Positions 1-12,990 of a stretch of 64,000 nucleotides of DNA are shown in pieces. How positions within the stretch are numbered: the first letter of the stretch is position 1; every line of letters begins with the position of its first letter. The position numbers and the translations under genes were made by a program. The DNA comes from Octopus sinensis (Eukaryota): contig NC_043013.1 in the NCBI RefSeq assembly GCF_006345805.1, positions 4,402,001 through 4,466,000 on the forward strand, read 5' to 3'. A model generated the notes under the pieces. The model did not search any database. It was not told where the DNA came from and saw nothing but the letters and a program-made list of their open reading frames with translations.

Positions 1-299
1 TCTATTACCTGAATACTCTCCTTTTTCACCAAGAAATATTTTCCGGCAGAGAATAAATTTTAATGATCTTTAACAGAAATGCCATTAATTATCACATTCC
101 ATATACTCCTAACTTTACGTAAAACATTACATTCTCGATTGCAGCTAAGAATGCAATAAGGGGAAATTGCAATTATCTACTGTGTTATTAGAAACAATTG
201 CCCTACAGGTTGGAACTGTCTAATTAATGACGTACTCCATAAACGTATAAGGTTTATGAGCGGCGGGGAATGTTCCTATGTACAGTTGGTCAATTTTAA

Positions 300-510
300 G
301 TAACCAAAAGAATACTCATACATGCAATCACTCATCTCGAAACTCGGCCAGAAACAATAGGGCATCTCTTCCGGCAAGGACAAATATATCCCGTACAACA
401 TCGAATGGAAGATTTTACCAACGTAGGACGGCTGCAATGAAGATCCATTTTGCGAACAATTCAATCTTGTTTCGAACTCATATCAACGCACAAGTACATG
501 ACTGACAAAA
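300..510 (+). mobile_element. Degenerate Penelope-like element 3' end (C-terminus of GIY-YIG region)
   Basis: Frameshifted peptides NHSSRNSARNN / KDKYIPYNIEWKIL / ELISTHK resemble the PLE C-terminal pattern (H..SFR..., W.LKD....Y.I.WKIL, ELISTCRH). Confidence 0.5.
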
Positions 511-649
511 TTACACCTACATTACAAACCAATTGGAATATATTTATATATTTCCAAAGTCTCTAAATTTAATGGTATAAGATGGTGACGTCTATATTCA
601 GTGATTTTTACGTCTAAGAAACGGTATACTAATATTGATATGATAGACG

Positions 650-911
650 TATGCGTGTTCAGCTTTTTTGCCGAACGACCTGCACAAATTATTTGTTTAG
701 AGTGATCAAATGTGCTGTATATTATCTTACTCCCTCGTTGTCTGAGCCGGTGCAAGGTAGTACCACACACGTCAGGTGTTGAAGTGATCGCAGAGCAAAG
801 TGAGGTGAAGCGTTTTGCTCAAGAATGCAATGCACCACCGGTGTAGGAATTGAAACCACAATCTCGTAATCGTGAGTCCGACACATTAACCACTAGGCCA
901 TGCGTCCTCAC
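650..911 (-). mobile_element. tRNA-derived SINE
   Basis: The minus strand begins with A-box TGGCCTAGTGGTTAA and B-box-like GGTTTCAATTCC, followed by ttcttgagcaaaacgcttcac (CORE-like). Confidence 0.7.
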
Positions 912-1385
912 ACTGATATTGATATAGACTAAGTAGACGCCATATAAGACATACGTGTTTATTTATGTACGAGTCTGAAAGCATTCATATGTGTTTCTAA
1001 TTGCGTGAATGACTGGGTATATATGTAAGTAGTGAAGAAATGAATAGACGTAACTATACAGCCTCAAGTGTGTATATCTGTATAAATTAGCATTAATGCA
1101 GAGACGGAGGATAAGAATACATACATATTTATAGACACGTAATGTTAATATGTTCAAATGTATATGTGCGTATATATATATATTATATATATTATATATA
1201 TATATAATATATATATGTGTGTATATATTGGCAGGGCTGGCCTGCTTGGTAGCCGGCCAGAATGTTAGAAAAAGATCATCAACGATCAAACTACAAGGGA
1301 AATTCTCTAGAGGAAGAATTCAGCGAACACCAGAACCAAATTTGGCGGGCAGGACATATGAAAAATTAAATAAAAAACAGACTTA

Positions 1386-1461
1386 AATGCATACCACGGT
1401 TTCGGTCTTAACAAAAGAATTACTTGCATAATTCAAGTGTCCGTGACTTCTTCAGTACATT
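1386..1461 (-). ncRNA. Type I hammerhead ribozyme motif (copy 1)
   Basis: Minus strand: AAUGUA-CUGAAGA-a.guc[long stem II]gac.c-GAAA-CCGUGG-UA/UGCAUU. Helix I is 6 bp and stem III (ACCGUGGU) is quasi-palindromic. Confidence 0.75.
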
Positions 1462-1659
1462 CGGTCCTCGAGATGCAAACTGAAAGACTAACCCCAGCTC
1501 TCTGTGTCAAGACAGACACGTGCTTAGTCTTACTGATTACATCGGGAATAAAATTTCAAATGTCTTGGCTCTGGCGCGCTAAGAGACTCCTGGAGATATT
1601 AAAATTAATATTAATTTATCTCCCTCAATTTTTAAATATATATATATATATATAATATC

Positions 1660-1725
<66 letters not shown>

Positions 1726-2284
1726 ATGCATGTATATATGTATGTTGTATGTATGTATGTATGTATGTATGTATGTATGTATGTATGTATGTATGTATAT
1801 ATGCATGCATATGTTTGCATATGAATGTGTATGTATAATTATATACATATGTATGCGTGTATATGAGTATATATCATCGCGTCTACGTGGATGGAAATAT
1901 GCTGCGCGTATGTGTATATACATACCTCTCTTTTAGTATATAAGTATGTACACACACATATATATATGTGCGTGTGTGTATGTGTGTTGCATGTATGTAT
2001 GTGTATGTATACATATATATACTGTGAAAGAGAGAGAAAGAGAGAGAGAGAAAAGAGAATGATAGATTGATAGATTATTAAACTAATAGATAGCTAGTAT
2101 ATAGGTATATAGATATAGATATATGTGCGTCTATCCATTGGTATTGGGTATACACACGTGTGAATGTATATGCGAGAATATCTTAATATTATATATAATA
2201 TATATATATATATATATATGATATATGTATATATATATATATATATTATATATTATATATATATATATATTATACATACATACA

Positions 2285-2366
<82 letters not shown>

Positions 2367-2486
2367 TATCCCCTCTGTCCTTCTCGCATCTGACCACTGT
2401 CCGAAGTCAGGACGCCATGATAGATCGTTAGCTCCTACACGCATTTTTTCTCTCCTTGTTTCTCTCCTTGTTTTTTTTCTGTGTAT

Positions 2487-2522
2487 CTTTCTGTCGAAGA
2501 GCGTAGGCTCGAAACGTAAAAG
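2487..2522 (+). ncRNA. Hammerhead-like motif with variant core CUGUCGA (also 4265-4300 + and 55737-55772 -)
   Basis: CUUU-CUGUCGA-A-GAGC(guag)GCUC-GAAA-CG-UA/AAAG. Position 6 is U instead of the conserved A. Confidence 0.5.
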
Positions 2523-2619
2523 TCTTTTTCTATTTCTATTCCTGAGCGCTATACTAATACATTTGTTTGTTTGTACTCCACCTGCCTTCGTCTTTTGTTT
2601 ATTTTCGTAAACCTTCCCG

Positions 2620-2677
<58 letters not shown>

Positions 2678-2701
2678 TATATGTATGTATGTATTTATGT
2701 A

Positions 2702-2744
<43 letters not shown>

Positions 2745-3195
2745 TTTATGTATTATATATATATATATGTATGTATATATATATATATACGTATGTATAT
2801 ATATATATATTTATGTATGTATGTATGTATGTATATATGTATGCATATGTTTGCATATGAATGTGTATATATATATATGTATGTATGTATGTATGTATAT
2901 ATGTATGCATATGTTTGCATATGAATGTGTATGTATAATTATATACATATGTATGCGTGTATATGAGTATATATCATCGCGTCTACGTGGATGGAAATAT
3001 GCTGCGCGTATGTGTATATACATACCTCTCTTTTAGCATATAAGTATGTACACACACATATATATATGTGCGTGTGTATGTGTGTGTGTGCATGTGTGTA
3101 TGTGTATGTATACATATATATATACTGTGAAAGAGAGAGAAAGAGAGAGAGAGAGAAAAGAGAATGATAGATTGATAGATTATTAAACAGACTTA

Positions 3196-3270
3196 AATGC
3201 ATACCTCGGTTTCGGTCTTAACAAAAGAATTACTTGCATAATTCAATGTCCGTGACTTCTTCAGTACATT
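3196..3270 (-). ncRNA. Type I hammerhead ribozyme motif (copy 2 of 1386-1461)
   Basis: Same fold; stem III reads ACCGAGGU. Confidence 0.7.
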
Positions 3271-3443
3271 CGGTCCTCGAGATGCAAACTGAAAGCTAAC
3301 AACCCCATCTCTGTTGTCAAGACAGACACGTGCTTAGTCTTACTGATTACATCGGGAATAAAATTTCAAATGTCCTTGGCTCTGGCGCGCAAGAGAACTC
3401 CTGGAGATATTAAAATTAATATTAATTTATCTCCCTCAATTTT

Positions 3444-3493
<50 letters not shown>

Positions 3494-3939
3494 GCGTGTG
3501 TGTGTGTGTATGTATGCATGTATATATGTATGTATGTATGTATGTATATATGTATGCATATGTTTGCATATGAATGTGTATGTATAATTATATACATATG
3601 TATGCGTGTATATGAGTATATATCATCGCGTCTACGTGGATGGAAATATGCTGCGCGTATGTGTATATACATACCTCTCTTTTAGTATATAAGTATGTAC
3701 ACACACATATATATATGTGCGTGTGTATGTGTGTGTGTGCATGTATGTATGTGTATGTATACATATATATACTGTGAAAGAGAGAGAAAGAGAGAGAGAG
3801 AGAAAAGAGAATGATAGATTGATAGATTATTAAACTAATAGATAGCTAGTATATAGGTATATAGATATAGATATATGTGCGTCTATCCATTGGTATTGGG
3901 TATACACACGTGTGAATGTATATGCGAGAATATCTTAAT

Positions 3940-4009
<70 letters not shown>

Positions 4010-4055
4010 CATACATACATACATACATACATACATACATACATACATACATACA

Positions 4056-4145
<90 letters not shown>

Positions 4146-4395
4146 TCCCCTCTTGTCCTTCTCGCATCTGACCACTGTCCGAAGTCAGGACGCCATGATA
4201 GATCGTTAGCTCCTACACGCATTTTTTCTCTCCTTGTTCTCTCCTTGTTTTTTTTCCTGTGTATCTTTCTGTCGAAGAGCGTAGGCACGAAACGTAAAAG
4301 TCTTTTTCTATTTCTATTCCTGAGCGCTATACTAATACATTTGTTGTTTGTACTCCACCTGCCTTCGTCTTTTGTTTATTTTCGTAAACCTTCCG

Positions 4396-4475
<80 letters not shown>

Positions 4476-4541
4476 GTATATATATATATAGATGTATGTA
4501 TGTATGTATGTATGTAGTATGATGTATGTAGTATGTATATA

Positions 4542-4598
<57 letters not shown>

Positions 4599-5229
4599 AT
4601 ATATATATATGATTTAACTGAAATGATCCAGCAAGAAGAAAACACAGCAAGCGGAAGATAAAAACACAAGATACGGAAAACAAGATGATAATAAAACAAA
4701 CGGGAAACTGGACAAAACGAGACACACGAAATATTCGCAGCCGATTTTCTCCTCAGTCAATGTCAGGAATGTCCTAGCAGTTTCGTGTTTTCAGCTTTGA
4801 GACTACTCAATTCCCGCAAGCGCCAGAGCCCTCCCACGTGACGAATGGAATGACTTCGTCACTATAAGTAAAGAGAAGTACGCGAAGTACCAGAGAGTAC
4901 GTAGTAGGCACCCAGAGATAGTCATGTCTTTACTTGTTTTACTAAGTACATTGTATACCGAAGTGGGCGTTATGTAAATCCTCGACGAGGATTTAAACAA
5001 CTCACGAAGAATTAATACACTCGGTGAGGTTTTAAACCACTCACAAGGAATTAACAAACTCAACAAGGATTTAAACAACTCACGAGCAATTAATAAACTC
5101 GACGAGGATAGGCCAATTCACGTCAAGTTAATAGAAATTCGAAGAGGAGTTAATAAACTCACAAAGTTTTGTTGTGCGAACATTACGAAAAAAAATTGTA
5201 AAATTACGGAATATTTGTTGGGTGGTTTG

Positions 5230-6330
5230 CTCCAGTTACAAAAACAGCAACAACAGCAGCTAAAAGAACAACAACAACAACAGTAACAGCTACAAATGCA
5301 AGAAAAAATGCTGAAGCAACAAAAGCAGCAAATATAACTGCAAGAGCAATAACGAATAATATTACAGCAACAAATACAGACTATACAACGAACTCCATTA
5401 CAGAGCTCAAATACTGCGAACTCCATAACAGAGCTCAAATACGAACCTGACGAAGGAGTTACCTTCGAAGCATTCTACAGAAGATATGAGCAAATCTTGG
5501 ATAAAGAATGTAAAGATTGGGACAACGAGATGTAAATGCGCTTAATCTTGATAAATCTGGTGGTAATAGAAAATGAATGATTCAGTAATTGTATAATCCC
5601 AAGGAAACCTTCAGACGTAAACTTTAATAACACGATAGGTATACTCTCTTTACTCTCTTTACTCTTTTACTTGTTTCAGTCATTTGACTGCGGCCATGCT
5701 GGAGCACTGCCTTTAATCGAGCAAATCGACTCCAGGACTTATTCTTTGTAAGCCTAGTACTTACAAGGCTTTGGTCGGCCCGAGGCTATAGTAGAAGACA
5801 CTTGCCCAACATGCCACGCAGTGGGACTGAACCCGGAACCATGTGGTTGGTAAGCAAGCTACTTACCACACTTATCAACACACTTTGAACATAGAGAAAA
5901 ACAATGACGAGGAGTACCTCACATATGCTGGTAGAGTTAACAGGGAATGCGGGAAGTTTCAGCTGGATTAATTAATGCCACATATGTTCAAATGCCTCAT
6001 TTTTACACGGGAACTTACTTCCGAAAAGGACGCAGAAGTTAGAACTAGAATCCTCGCAAAACTTGAACAAATCCAGGATGTAACCTTAGATCATGTGTCA
6101 GAAGAATGTGAAAAGATAGTCAAATTGAGACACGACACAGAGGCAATTGAACGTAAAGATTGTTTCCAGGTAAAACAAGTGCGAAATAGAATAGAGATAA
6201 AATACTTTCTAATAAACACGACAAATAAACCAGGAAGTAAACCCATGTTCTGCACACGGAGGTATACATCTGAGGATAAATTGTCCATTTTAAAAAAGCG
6301 GTGTGCTTTCTTTGTGGGAATATAGGACAT
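5230..6330 (+). pseudogene. Gypsy gag remnant, interrupted by a SINE at 5645-5870
   Basis: Q-rich N-terminus, YEPDEGVTFEAFYRRYE, FKCLIFTRELTSEKDAEVRTRILAKLEQ; contains stop codons. Confidence 0.8.
5645..5870 (-). mobile_element. CORE-type tRNA SINE (composite family B/C), internally deleted, inserted in gag
   Basis: The tail ...cagtcatttgactgcggccatgctggagc is joined directly to the head part acaaggctttggtcggcccgaggctatagtagaagacacttgccc. Confidence 0.85.
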
Positions 6331-6434
6331 ATAAAGACGCATTGTAGAACGAAGTTGGGAAAACGACAGAACAAAGGAAAAAGAATAAATAGTATTTTAC
6401 CAGAAGAAATTGGCAATATAACGATGAGAAAATT

Positions 6435-6730
6435 CGTGAAGGTGAAAATCAGAAATACAAGTGTTAAAACGTAATTGGACACAGGTAGTGATATTACCAT
6501 TATAAACGAAAAAAAAAAACGTGGAAATATGTCGGCAAGCCGAAATTAATTAAATCGAAAAAGGTAGCACATAGAGTTACGGGAATATATTGTATTTTTC
6601 GGTGAATTCATATCCAATGTAACAAGTCGAGGTCTAGCGAAAAAGGCTAAGATATATGTATTAAAAAGTTCACTTAATCTATTCGGAATGGAGTGGATTG
6701 AGCTATTCAAATTGTGGGATACGCCCATAA
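6435..6730 (+). pseudogene. Gypsy aspartic protease remnant
   Basis: LDTGSDITII motif at about 6475-6505; LNLFGMEWIELFKLWD further on. Confidence 0.8.
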
Positions 6731-6799
6731 GTGTTTTGTATGGAAGTACAGTAGGGACAGTAAAAGTTTCAACTGCGGCTGAGGGACTGAACCAAAAAA

Positions 6800-7330
6800 A
6801 TGGCAGTAAAACAGAATGGAACACCGGTATGTAAGCCAGAGACTATCGATTTCGCTGCTCCTCTAAATAGTTCTTACTACTTCGTGGTAGTTGATTGTTT
6901 CTCGAAAGGCCCTGAAATTTGTAAGTGTAATAAAACAACCACCTCAACTGCGATGAGCTTGTACACGAATTGTTTGCAAGATTTGGCATCCCAGACACGA
7001 TAGTGTCTGACAATGGAACGCAATTTGTGTTTAGTGAATTTCAAAAAATTTGTGAAACGTTCGCCGTAGAATATATAACTACGACACCATAACATTCCAT
7101 ATCTAATGAACAAGCAGAACGCTTTATCGATACCTTCAAAAAGAGCCCTTTAAAAATCGAATAAGGAAGTCACAGATGCGGTAGCTCTACAACAATTTTA
7201 AGAGTGTACCGTGGGACACTAAATCCGAATACACCAGAATGTAGCTTACCAGTGGAGCTGATGCCTACATGGAAAGTAAAATCAATCTTTGATAAATTGT
7301 TACCTGGCAAGAAAAGAAAAAGTGCCAGAG
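6800..7330 (+). pseudogene. Gypsy integrase (rve) remnant
   Basis: IDFAAPLNSSYYFVVVDCFSKGPE, FARFGIPDTIVSDNGTQF, SNEQAERFIDTFKRAL; frameshifted. Confidence 0.9.
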
Positions 7331-7959
7331 AATACATAGCAAGATTCTTTAAATTTGGCGAAAAGGTGTTTATATGAGGGCATGCAAGAATGGAAAGCAG
7401 AGGTGGGAAGATGGCGTAATTACCAAAAAGTAGAAAAAGCATACAAAAGAGACACAAGAACCAACTGCAAAAGAGATTCGTGGCAAGCGAACCACAGAAG
7501 CTGGAGGAACCGATGAAATGATTACACGATACTTTGCAAGTACAAATGCCACTACAGGCATTGAAGCCAGGTGTACAAGTAAGGGGAAAAGAAAACATAC
7601 AGAGTTCCTGAAAAGAGAGGCCAAGCACTGTATGGAAAACCTGTATGGAAAAAACTTTAAAATGAGATGTGGGGTGAAAAAAAAAAACAATATTGCTAAA
7701 TAAAATGATACATCCTAGGAGAAACTTAAAGGGAGATCTGTTGTAGGGAATTAGAAATAATGGTACACCCCTCCCACATTACAAATACAATAACCTAATC
7801 ACTATAAATAAAGGGAAGTGCGTAAAGTACCAAAGAGTACGTAGTAGGCGGTCAGAGATAGTCGTGTCTTTAATGGTTTTGCTAAGTATACTGTATACCG
7901 AAGTGAGCGTTATAATAATCCAACATTTGTAAGGATTATAACATATATCCCAGGCCAGG

Positions 7960-10791
7960 GATTTCTGGTAATTATCCATAGGTACTGGCCCAAGAGTTCT
8001 CTGAAACAAGCCAGCAAGCTAACGTTCGTTGAAGCCCAGTGTCCTCCCCAGGTCGTCGCACCCGCTCTCTATCAACCCTCTATAGAAGGACGAGGTGGAA
8101 CCCCCGCCGCCGACATTGCTCCTGTAGGAGAGGAATCAGAAAGCCTGGCGATACTCTACATGCCATTTACCCAACCTGGGTCTCCATTTGAACTACGGTT
8201 TCAGTTCACTGAAAGATGTGAACTATGGAGGAATGAACTTCACAAACGGATACCATACCCGCTCACCATCCAGGTAGAGCCAGAGTATAAACACGAGTTT
8301 CCTCAGCCTCAAACACGACATCTTTAGCCCACCCTTTAGCGGCTGTTGGCTACAGATAGATCGTCGGACTTGCGGAACCCCGCCCCTCCACAAAAAGCGG
8401 AAGAGTAGGCGCTCCATCTTGCCCAATCACGAATCCGGGAAAGGCACGACTGTTAGGCGGTAGGTAATGACATGCGATAAACACATTTGCACTTCCGCCC
8501 TCCCTTTCAGGGACAGCTGTCTTCCAAACCAGGTCTGGGTTAGGCCAACTACCCTGCTCTTGACCTCGCTCCAGTTTCTATTTATTCGGAGATCTGGACC
8601 AAACCTGATCCATAACATTTTCACCGGATCGTCCGTCCAACGCCCCACGACGCTGTATGACAGTATCGACTTGCCTTTCCAGGTACCGCGTTACAAGCCG
8701 ACACTTGCCCTGGTTTATTCTTGCTCCTGCCATCGCTGGTATTCCTTTATGACGTCACCCACTTGTCGCAGTTGGTTGCCACTGGATGCGATGATAATAA
8801 TGTCATCCGTTTATGACATTACAATTCCTCCGAAACCGAGATCTCGTGGGACGTCCTCCAGAGCCTCCACCTTCCGCAAAAAGGGCTCCAATGCCAATAC
8901 ATAGAGAAGAGGAGAAAGAGAGCATCCTTGAACCGAACGGCTGATACAGAACGGATTCAACAGGAACCCGTTCATCCGAACTATCGACAAAATATCGCTG
9001 TAAATAGCTTTGATCCAACCACGGAAGGTCGGGCCAAAGCCGGCTGCTTCGAGGAATGCAGCCAGGTATTGGTGGTCCACCCTATCGAATGCCTTAGACT
9101 GGTCTAAATGGACTATAGTCTCACCTAAAACCAGTTTTTTCTATTTGCTCTAGCTATAGTAAAGCGTAAAAAATAAAGATTGTCATGGATGGTCCTGTCT
9201 GGAATGGCGCATGTCTGCACCTGCCCGACAAGTCCATCGACATCACGCGTCAAGCTATTCGCTAATACTTTGGCCAAAATCTTCAACTCTACATTTAGTA
9301 GAGTGATGGGTCTAAAATTATCTAACCTGTCCCCCTTGTTTGGGTCCTTTCTGATCAGCACTACCACGCCCCGGCTCACAGAGCTGGGTATACGCCCATT
9401 CTGCTGCCGGCTGCTGAAAATGCTCGCTAGCAGGTACCCAAACAAGCCTGGCATCGCTGTGTACAACTTGTAGGGTAGACCATCTCTTCCCGGCGACTTT
9501 GGCTTTCTACAGTCGACCAGGATGTCCTCCACCTCCGCGGCTGTGATCGGCCCTTCACAACGCTCTGCTTCCCTCCCCGAGAATCACAGCACACCGTTGA
9601 GGTGGTCCGCAAGGTCTCTCCTCCGATCCGGTGCGCCGCTTCCCCCAAAGAGCTGGGGGAAGTGCTGCTGAAGAACCTCACACATTTCATCGGATTCGTC
9701 CATCAACCGCTCGTGTTGATCCGTCAAAGACCCAATTGTAGAATCGTTTCCACACTGAGCCTCTACCCACGAACCCGTCCGGCGACGTTGATTCCTTCTC
9801 GTCGTTGGTCCAACACCAATCTCGCCGCCAAAACACTAGACGCTCAGCTTGCCCTCAATGCTTCATCTAGCACCTTAACTAGATCCTCTTCTATTCTAGC
9901 CCTTCTAGCCGCTAGTTCCTTGCTAAATCTAATTGACTTAATTTTAATGGCTCTTTTGAGTGCTGACCACCATTTGTACCGGCTAGTGCCGTCATAACAA
10001 GTTCCTTAATCGGGATCCTTTACTCCTCACAAGCTAGTAACGTCTTGTTGAGTTTCCAGTAACCGGGTCCCTGACTAATCATCTTATCTAAGTCTATCCT
10101 GCTGACCAGCAATTTGTGGTCAGAGAAGTGGACTATATGAAACTGTGGACAACTAACGCTATAGTTATCAATGATCCCGACAAATAACCTGTCTAGATAA
10201 GATCTGGACAACCCATCGCTATTCAGCCACGTCCACTGTGGAGTATCCGGGTAGTCCAGTCTGAAACGGTCTGCTAGCTGAAACTTACTAAGCAGATCTC
10301 TGAGGCGAGTGTTCCCTACTCTGTTGGGGTTCGAGCGAACACAATCCATGCGTGCATCGAGGATTGTGTTAAAGTCACCTAACATCACTGGAGTGCGTGA
10401 CGTCCCGGGAAAGGCGTCCAGGCGTCTAAAGGAGTTCGACTGCTCTGCATTACATGGTGCATAGACAGCCACCAGCTTGAAGGCCTGTCCACTGCTACAT
10501 GTCAGGTCCAGAACGATCAGCCTACCATCCGGATCTGCAAAGATAGACTCTATAATAAGCCCCAGACCACCCTGAAAAGAACTGCCACTCCACACACCCT
10601 CCAGACTGGCATGTCGAAATAAATTTCTTATAGCCAAAGAAAGGTAAGAAAGCCTGTAGACTGCTCATTCTGGTCTCTGTGTTGACAAAAACATCCAAAT
10701 TACGCGACTGGAGTTCGCCCAGGAGGCGGCTTTGCTGCCAGACCGAACCCAGACTATGCACATTTAAACAACTAACTTTCAAGGAAGTCAT
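7960..10791 (-). pseudogene. L1/Tx1-clade LINE ORF2 (APE endonuclease + RT), disrupted
   Basis: CLNVHSL, VYAPC, LGDFN, SYLDRLFV, SDHKLL, GPGYWKLN (APE); SPGRDGLP, NFRPITLLNVELKILAKVLA, LDQSKAFDRV, QGCSLSPLLYVLALEPFL (RT). Confidence 0.95.
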
Positions 10792-10810
10792 AAGGGAACT
10801 TACAATTTAA

Positions 10811-12990
10811 TTAATGTTTCTTCGTGAGGGAACTATCTGTTCCCTCCCCCTCCTTCCTCTTCTTTTGTGGAGTGTGGTGAGATTTCAACCAATTTTGAAA
10901 ACTGTCGGGCCGGAACTTACTCCACGGCCCGACCCAATTTGGGTAACGTTCTTCTAACGTTATGTGCCATGTTCGTTGCACTTTGTAAAAGTGATAGTTC
11001 ACTGGCGTATCTATTTTTGTGTCTATCTCTTTCAGTTTCATCTGTTTGAGTGTTTTTCTGAAGGAGGCATTTTCAGTGTAAAACACTGAGATGTCTTCAT
11101 CAAATAGATCCGCGCAAGGCGGGCAAGTTTTTGTTGGTGAGTGTTGGGGTGTAGACTGGGTCGTTGAGCGCGAGATGGATGATGTGGACTGCGTTGAAGG
11201 GCCAGAGTTTTTTTCCGGCGATGCTTCGGGCGTGGCACGGGGAGTTTTGAGGGGAGGGACAATGGATGGACGATGGAGGGGCCTGTGGTGTCTGGGTAGG
11301 GTGGTTTTGGCCGGAGTACACTTGGGTAAATCTGTGGAACTTTTCTTTTTCCTTTTTTTCTTTAGAAGAGATTTATTTCCACTAAATTCGTTCTGGAGCG
11401 TCAGTAGTTCCTTCAGTTGTTGCTGTTCCTGCTACTGCCGCTGCTGCTGTTGGTGGTTTGCTCACTGCTACTGACTGCTTAGTTACTGCCACCGCTGCCA
11501 CTGCAGGCTTGGTCGCTGCTACCACCTCTACCACTGCTGCTGAAGTCTTGGCTACTGCTGACTGCTTGCTAGATGCTACTACTACTGCTGATGTTTTGGT
11601 GACGGCTACTGCTGACTACTTGCTAGCTGCAGTAAAATATATTACAGCAGTAATTATATTCAGCTGAATACACATCATTGATTGGTTGAAATTGCCGTAA
11701 TAGGACAACTTTAAAACGAAATAACTTCGTAAATATAAACTTTTCTCAAAAACGCCAAGAGTAAAAGATATTTTATACGACACATTCTACCAGTAAACGA
11801 AGTTTGAAAGTGTTTAGTTACAAAAATTATTTTCTAAATCTGCCGGTCAAAAGGTAAAGATCCCACTTTCGATGTCCGTTTTCCCTGATAAGTGGCGAGG
11901 AGACAAATTTCAGATGACTTTAACGGCTCCGTTGAGTGCTTTCTAGCAACTTCCTCGCTTGGAAACTGTACCTCCACGGTAGTATACCTTTTGCCTTTAC
12001 TGACCTATGATGTTTCTCTCCATCTCGGCTGTAAACATTTCTCCACTTGCACGCTAGGTGCCGACATAATTCTTTTTTCCTTTACGTTGAAAATTTTATA
12101 AATAATGATTCTATGCCTAGCTGTGTGTAAAACATCAATAGGTAGAGTTAGGGCTACATTATTCCCGCCCTTCTTGCAAAGGCCTTGATACTTTACTAAT
12201 CCAGAAATATCTACCTCAAGGCGGGAAGCTGGCAGAAACGTTAGCACGCCGGGCGAAATGCGTAGCTGTATTTCGTCTGCCGTTACGTTCTGAGTTCAAA
12301 TTCCGCCGAGGTCGACTTTACTTTTCATCTTTTCGGGGGTCGATAAATTAAGTACCAGTGACGCACTGTGGTCGATGTAATCGACTTAATCCGTTTGTCT
12401 GTCCTTGTTTGTCCTTTCTGTGTTTAGCCCCTTCTGCGTAGTAAAGAAATAGGTATTTCGTCTGTCGCTACGTTCTGAGTTCAAATTCCGCCGAGGTCGA
12501 CTTTGCCTTTCATCCTTTCGGGGTCGATTAATTAAGTACCAGTTACGCACTGGGGTCGATGTAATCGACTTAATCCGTTTATCTGTCCTTGTTTTACCTC
12601 TCTGTGTTTAGCCCCTTGTGGGTAGTAAAGAAATAGATATTTCGTCTGTCGCTAGGTTCTGAGTTCAAATTCCGCCGAGATCGACTTTGCCTTTCATCCT
12701 TTCGGGGTCGATAAATTAAGTACCAGTGACGCACTGGGGTCGATATAATCGACTTAATCCGTTTGTCTGTCCTTGTTTGTCCTCTCTATGTTAGCCCCTT
12801 GTAGGCAATAAAGAAATAAGAAATATCTACATTAGCTGCCTTGGAACTGGCAGCTGTAACTTGGGCGAAATTAATAGGTTTTTTCCTTTGCTTTCACATT
12901 TCTTGAATTACCAGACAGCGCTGGGAACTCTTCACTTGATAATTCAGAATCGTTCGACGATTCTGACCCGTCTGTCGTTATATCAAACAA
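10811..12990 (-). pseudogene. Probable ORF1 region of the Tx1 element, with later insertions
   Basis: ORF ending at 10811 just upstream of ORF2; low-complexity tract 11400-11640; peptide VEVQFPSEEVARKHSTEPL (about 11910-11975) resembles the ORF1 remnant at 25255-26430. Confidence 0.5.
12215..12818 (+). mobile_element. tRNA-derived SINE family A, head-to-tail trimer with 12-bp TSD
   Basis: One head plus three bodies (gagttcaaattccgccgaggtcgactttgcctttcatcc...aaagaaata). agaaatatctac flanks it at 12203-12214 and 12819-12830. Confidence 0.9.

Larger units (their letters stand above)
1375..4400. repeat. Local tandem segmental duplication, A-B-C / B' / A-B-C (offset about 1810 bp)
   Basis: 1375-2625 recurs at 3185-4400. 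The block atcatcgcgtctacgtggatggaaatatgctgcgcg occurs three times (about 1874, 2974, 3622). Confidence 0.9.
4830..7925 (+). mobile_element. Gypsy/Ty3 LTR retrotransposon (K02A2.6/Mag-like), degenerate, RT-RNaseH deleted
   Basis: 3' LTR 7739-7925 (TGTTG...CAACA) preceded by PPT aaagggaga (7728-7736). Homologous 5' LTR part at about 4830-4980. Gag, protease and integrase remnants lie between. Confidence 0.9.

Noticed and set aside
4981-5108. CRISPR-like regularly spaced repeats
   Set aside because: No unique spacers and no cas genes; this is a tandem repeat inside a eukaryotic LTR element.
5447-5470. CTGACGA...GAAG hammerhead-like string
   Set aside because: It is gag coding sequence (EPDEGVTFE), and GAAA, stem III and helix I are missing.
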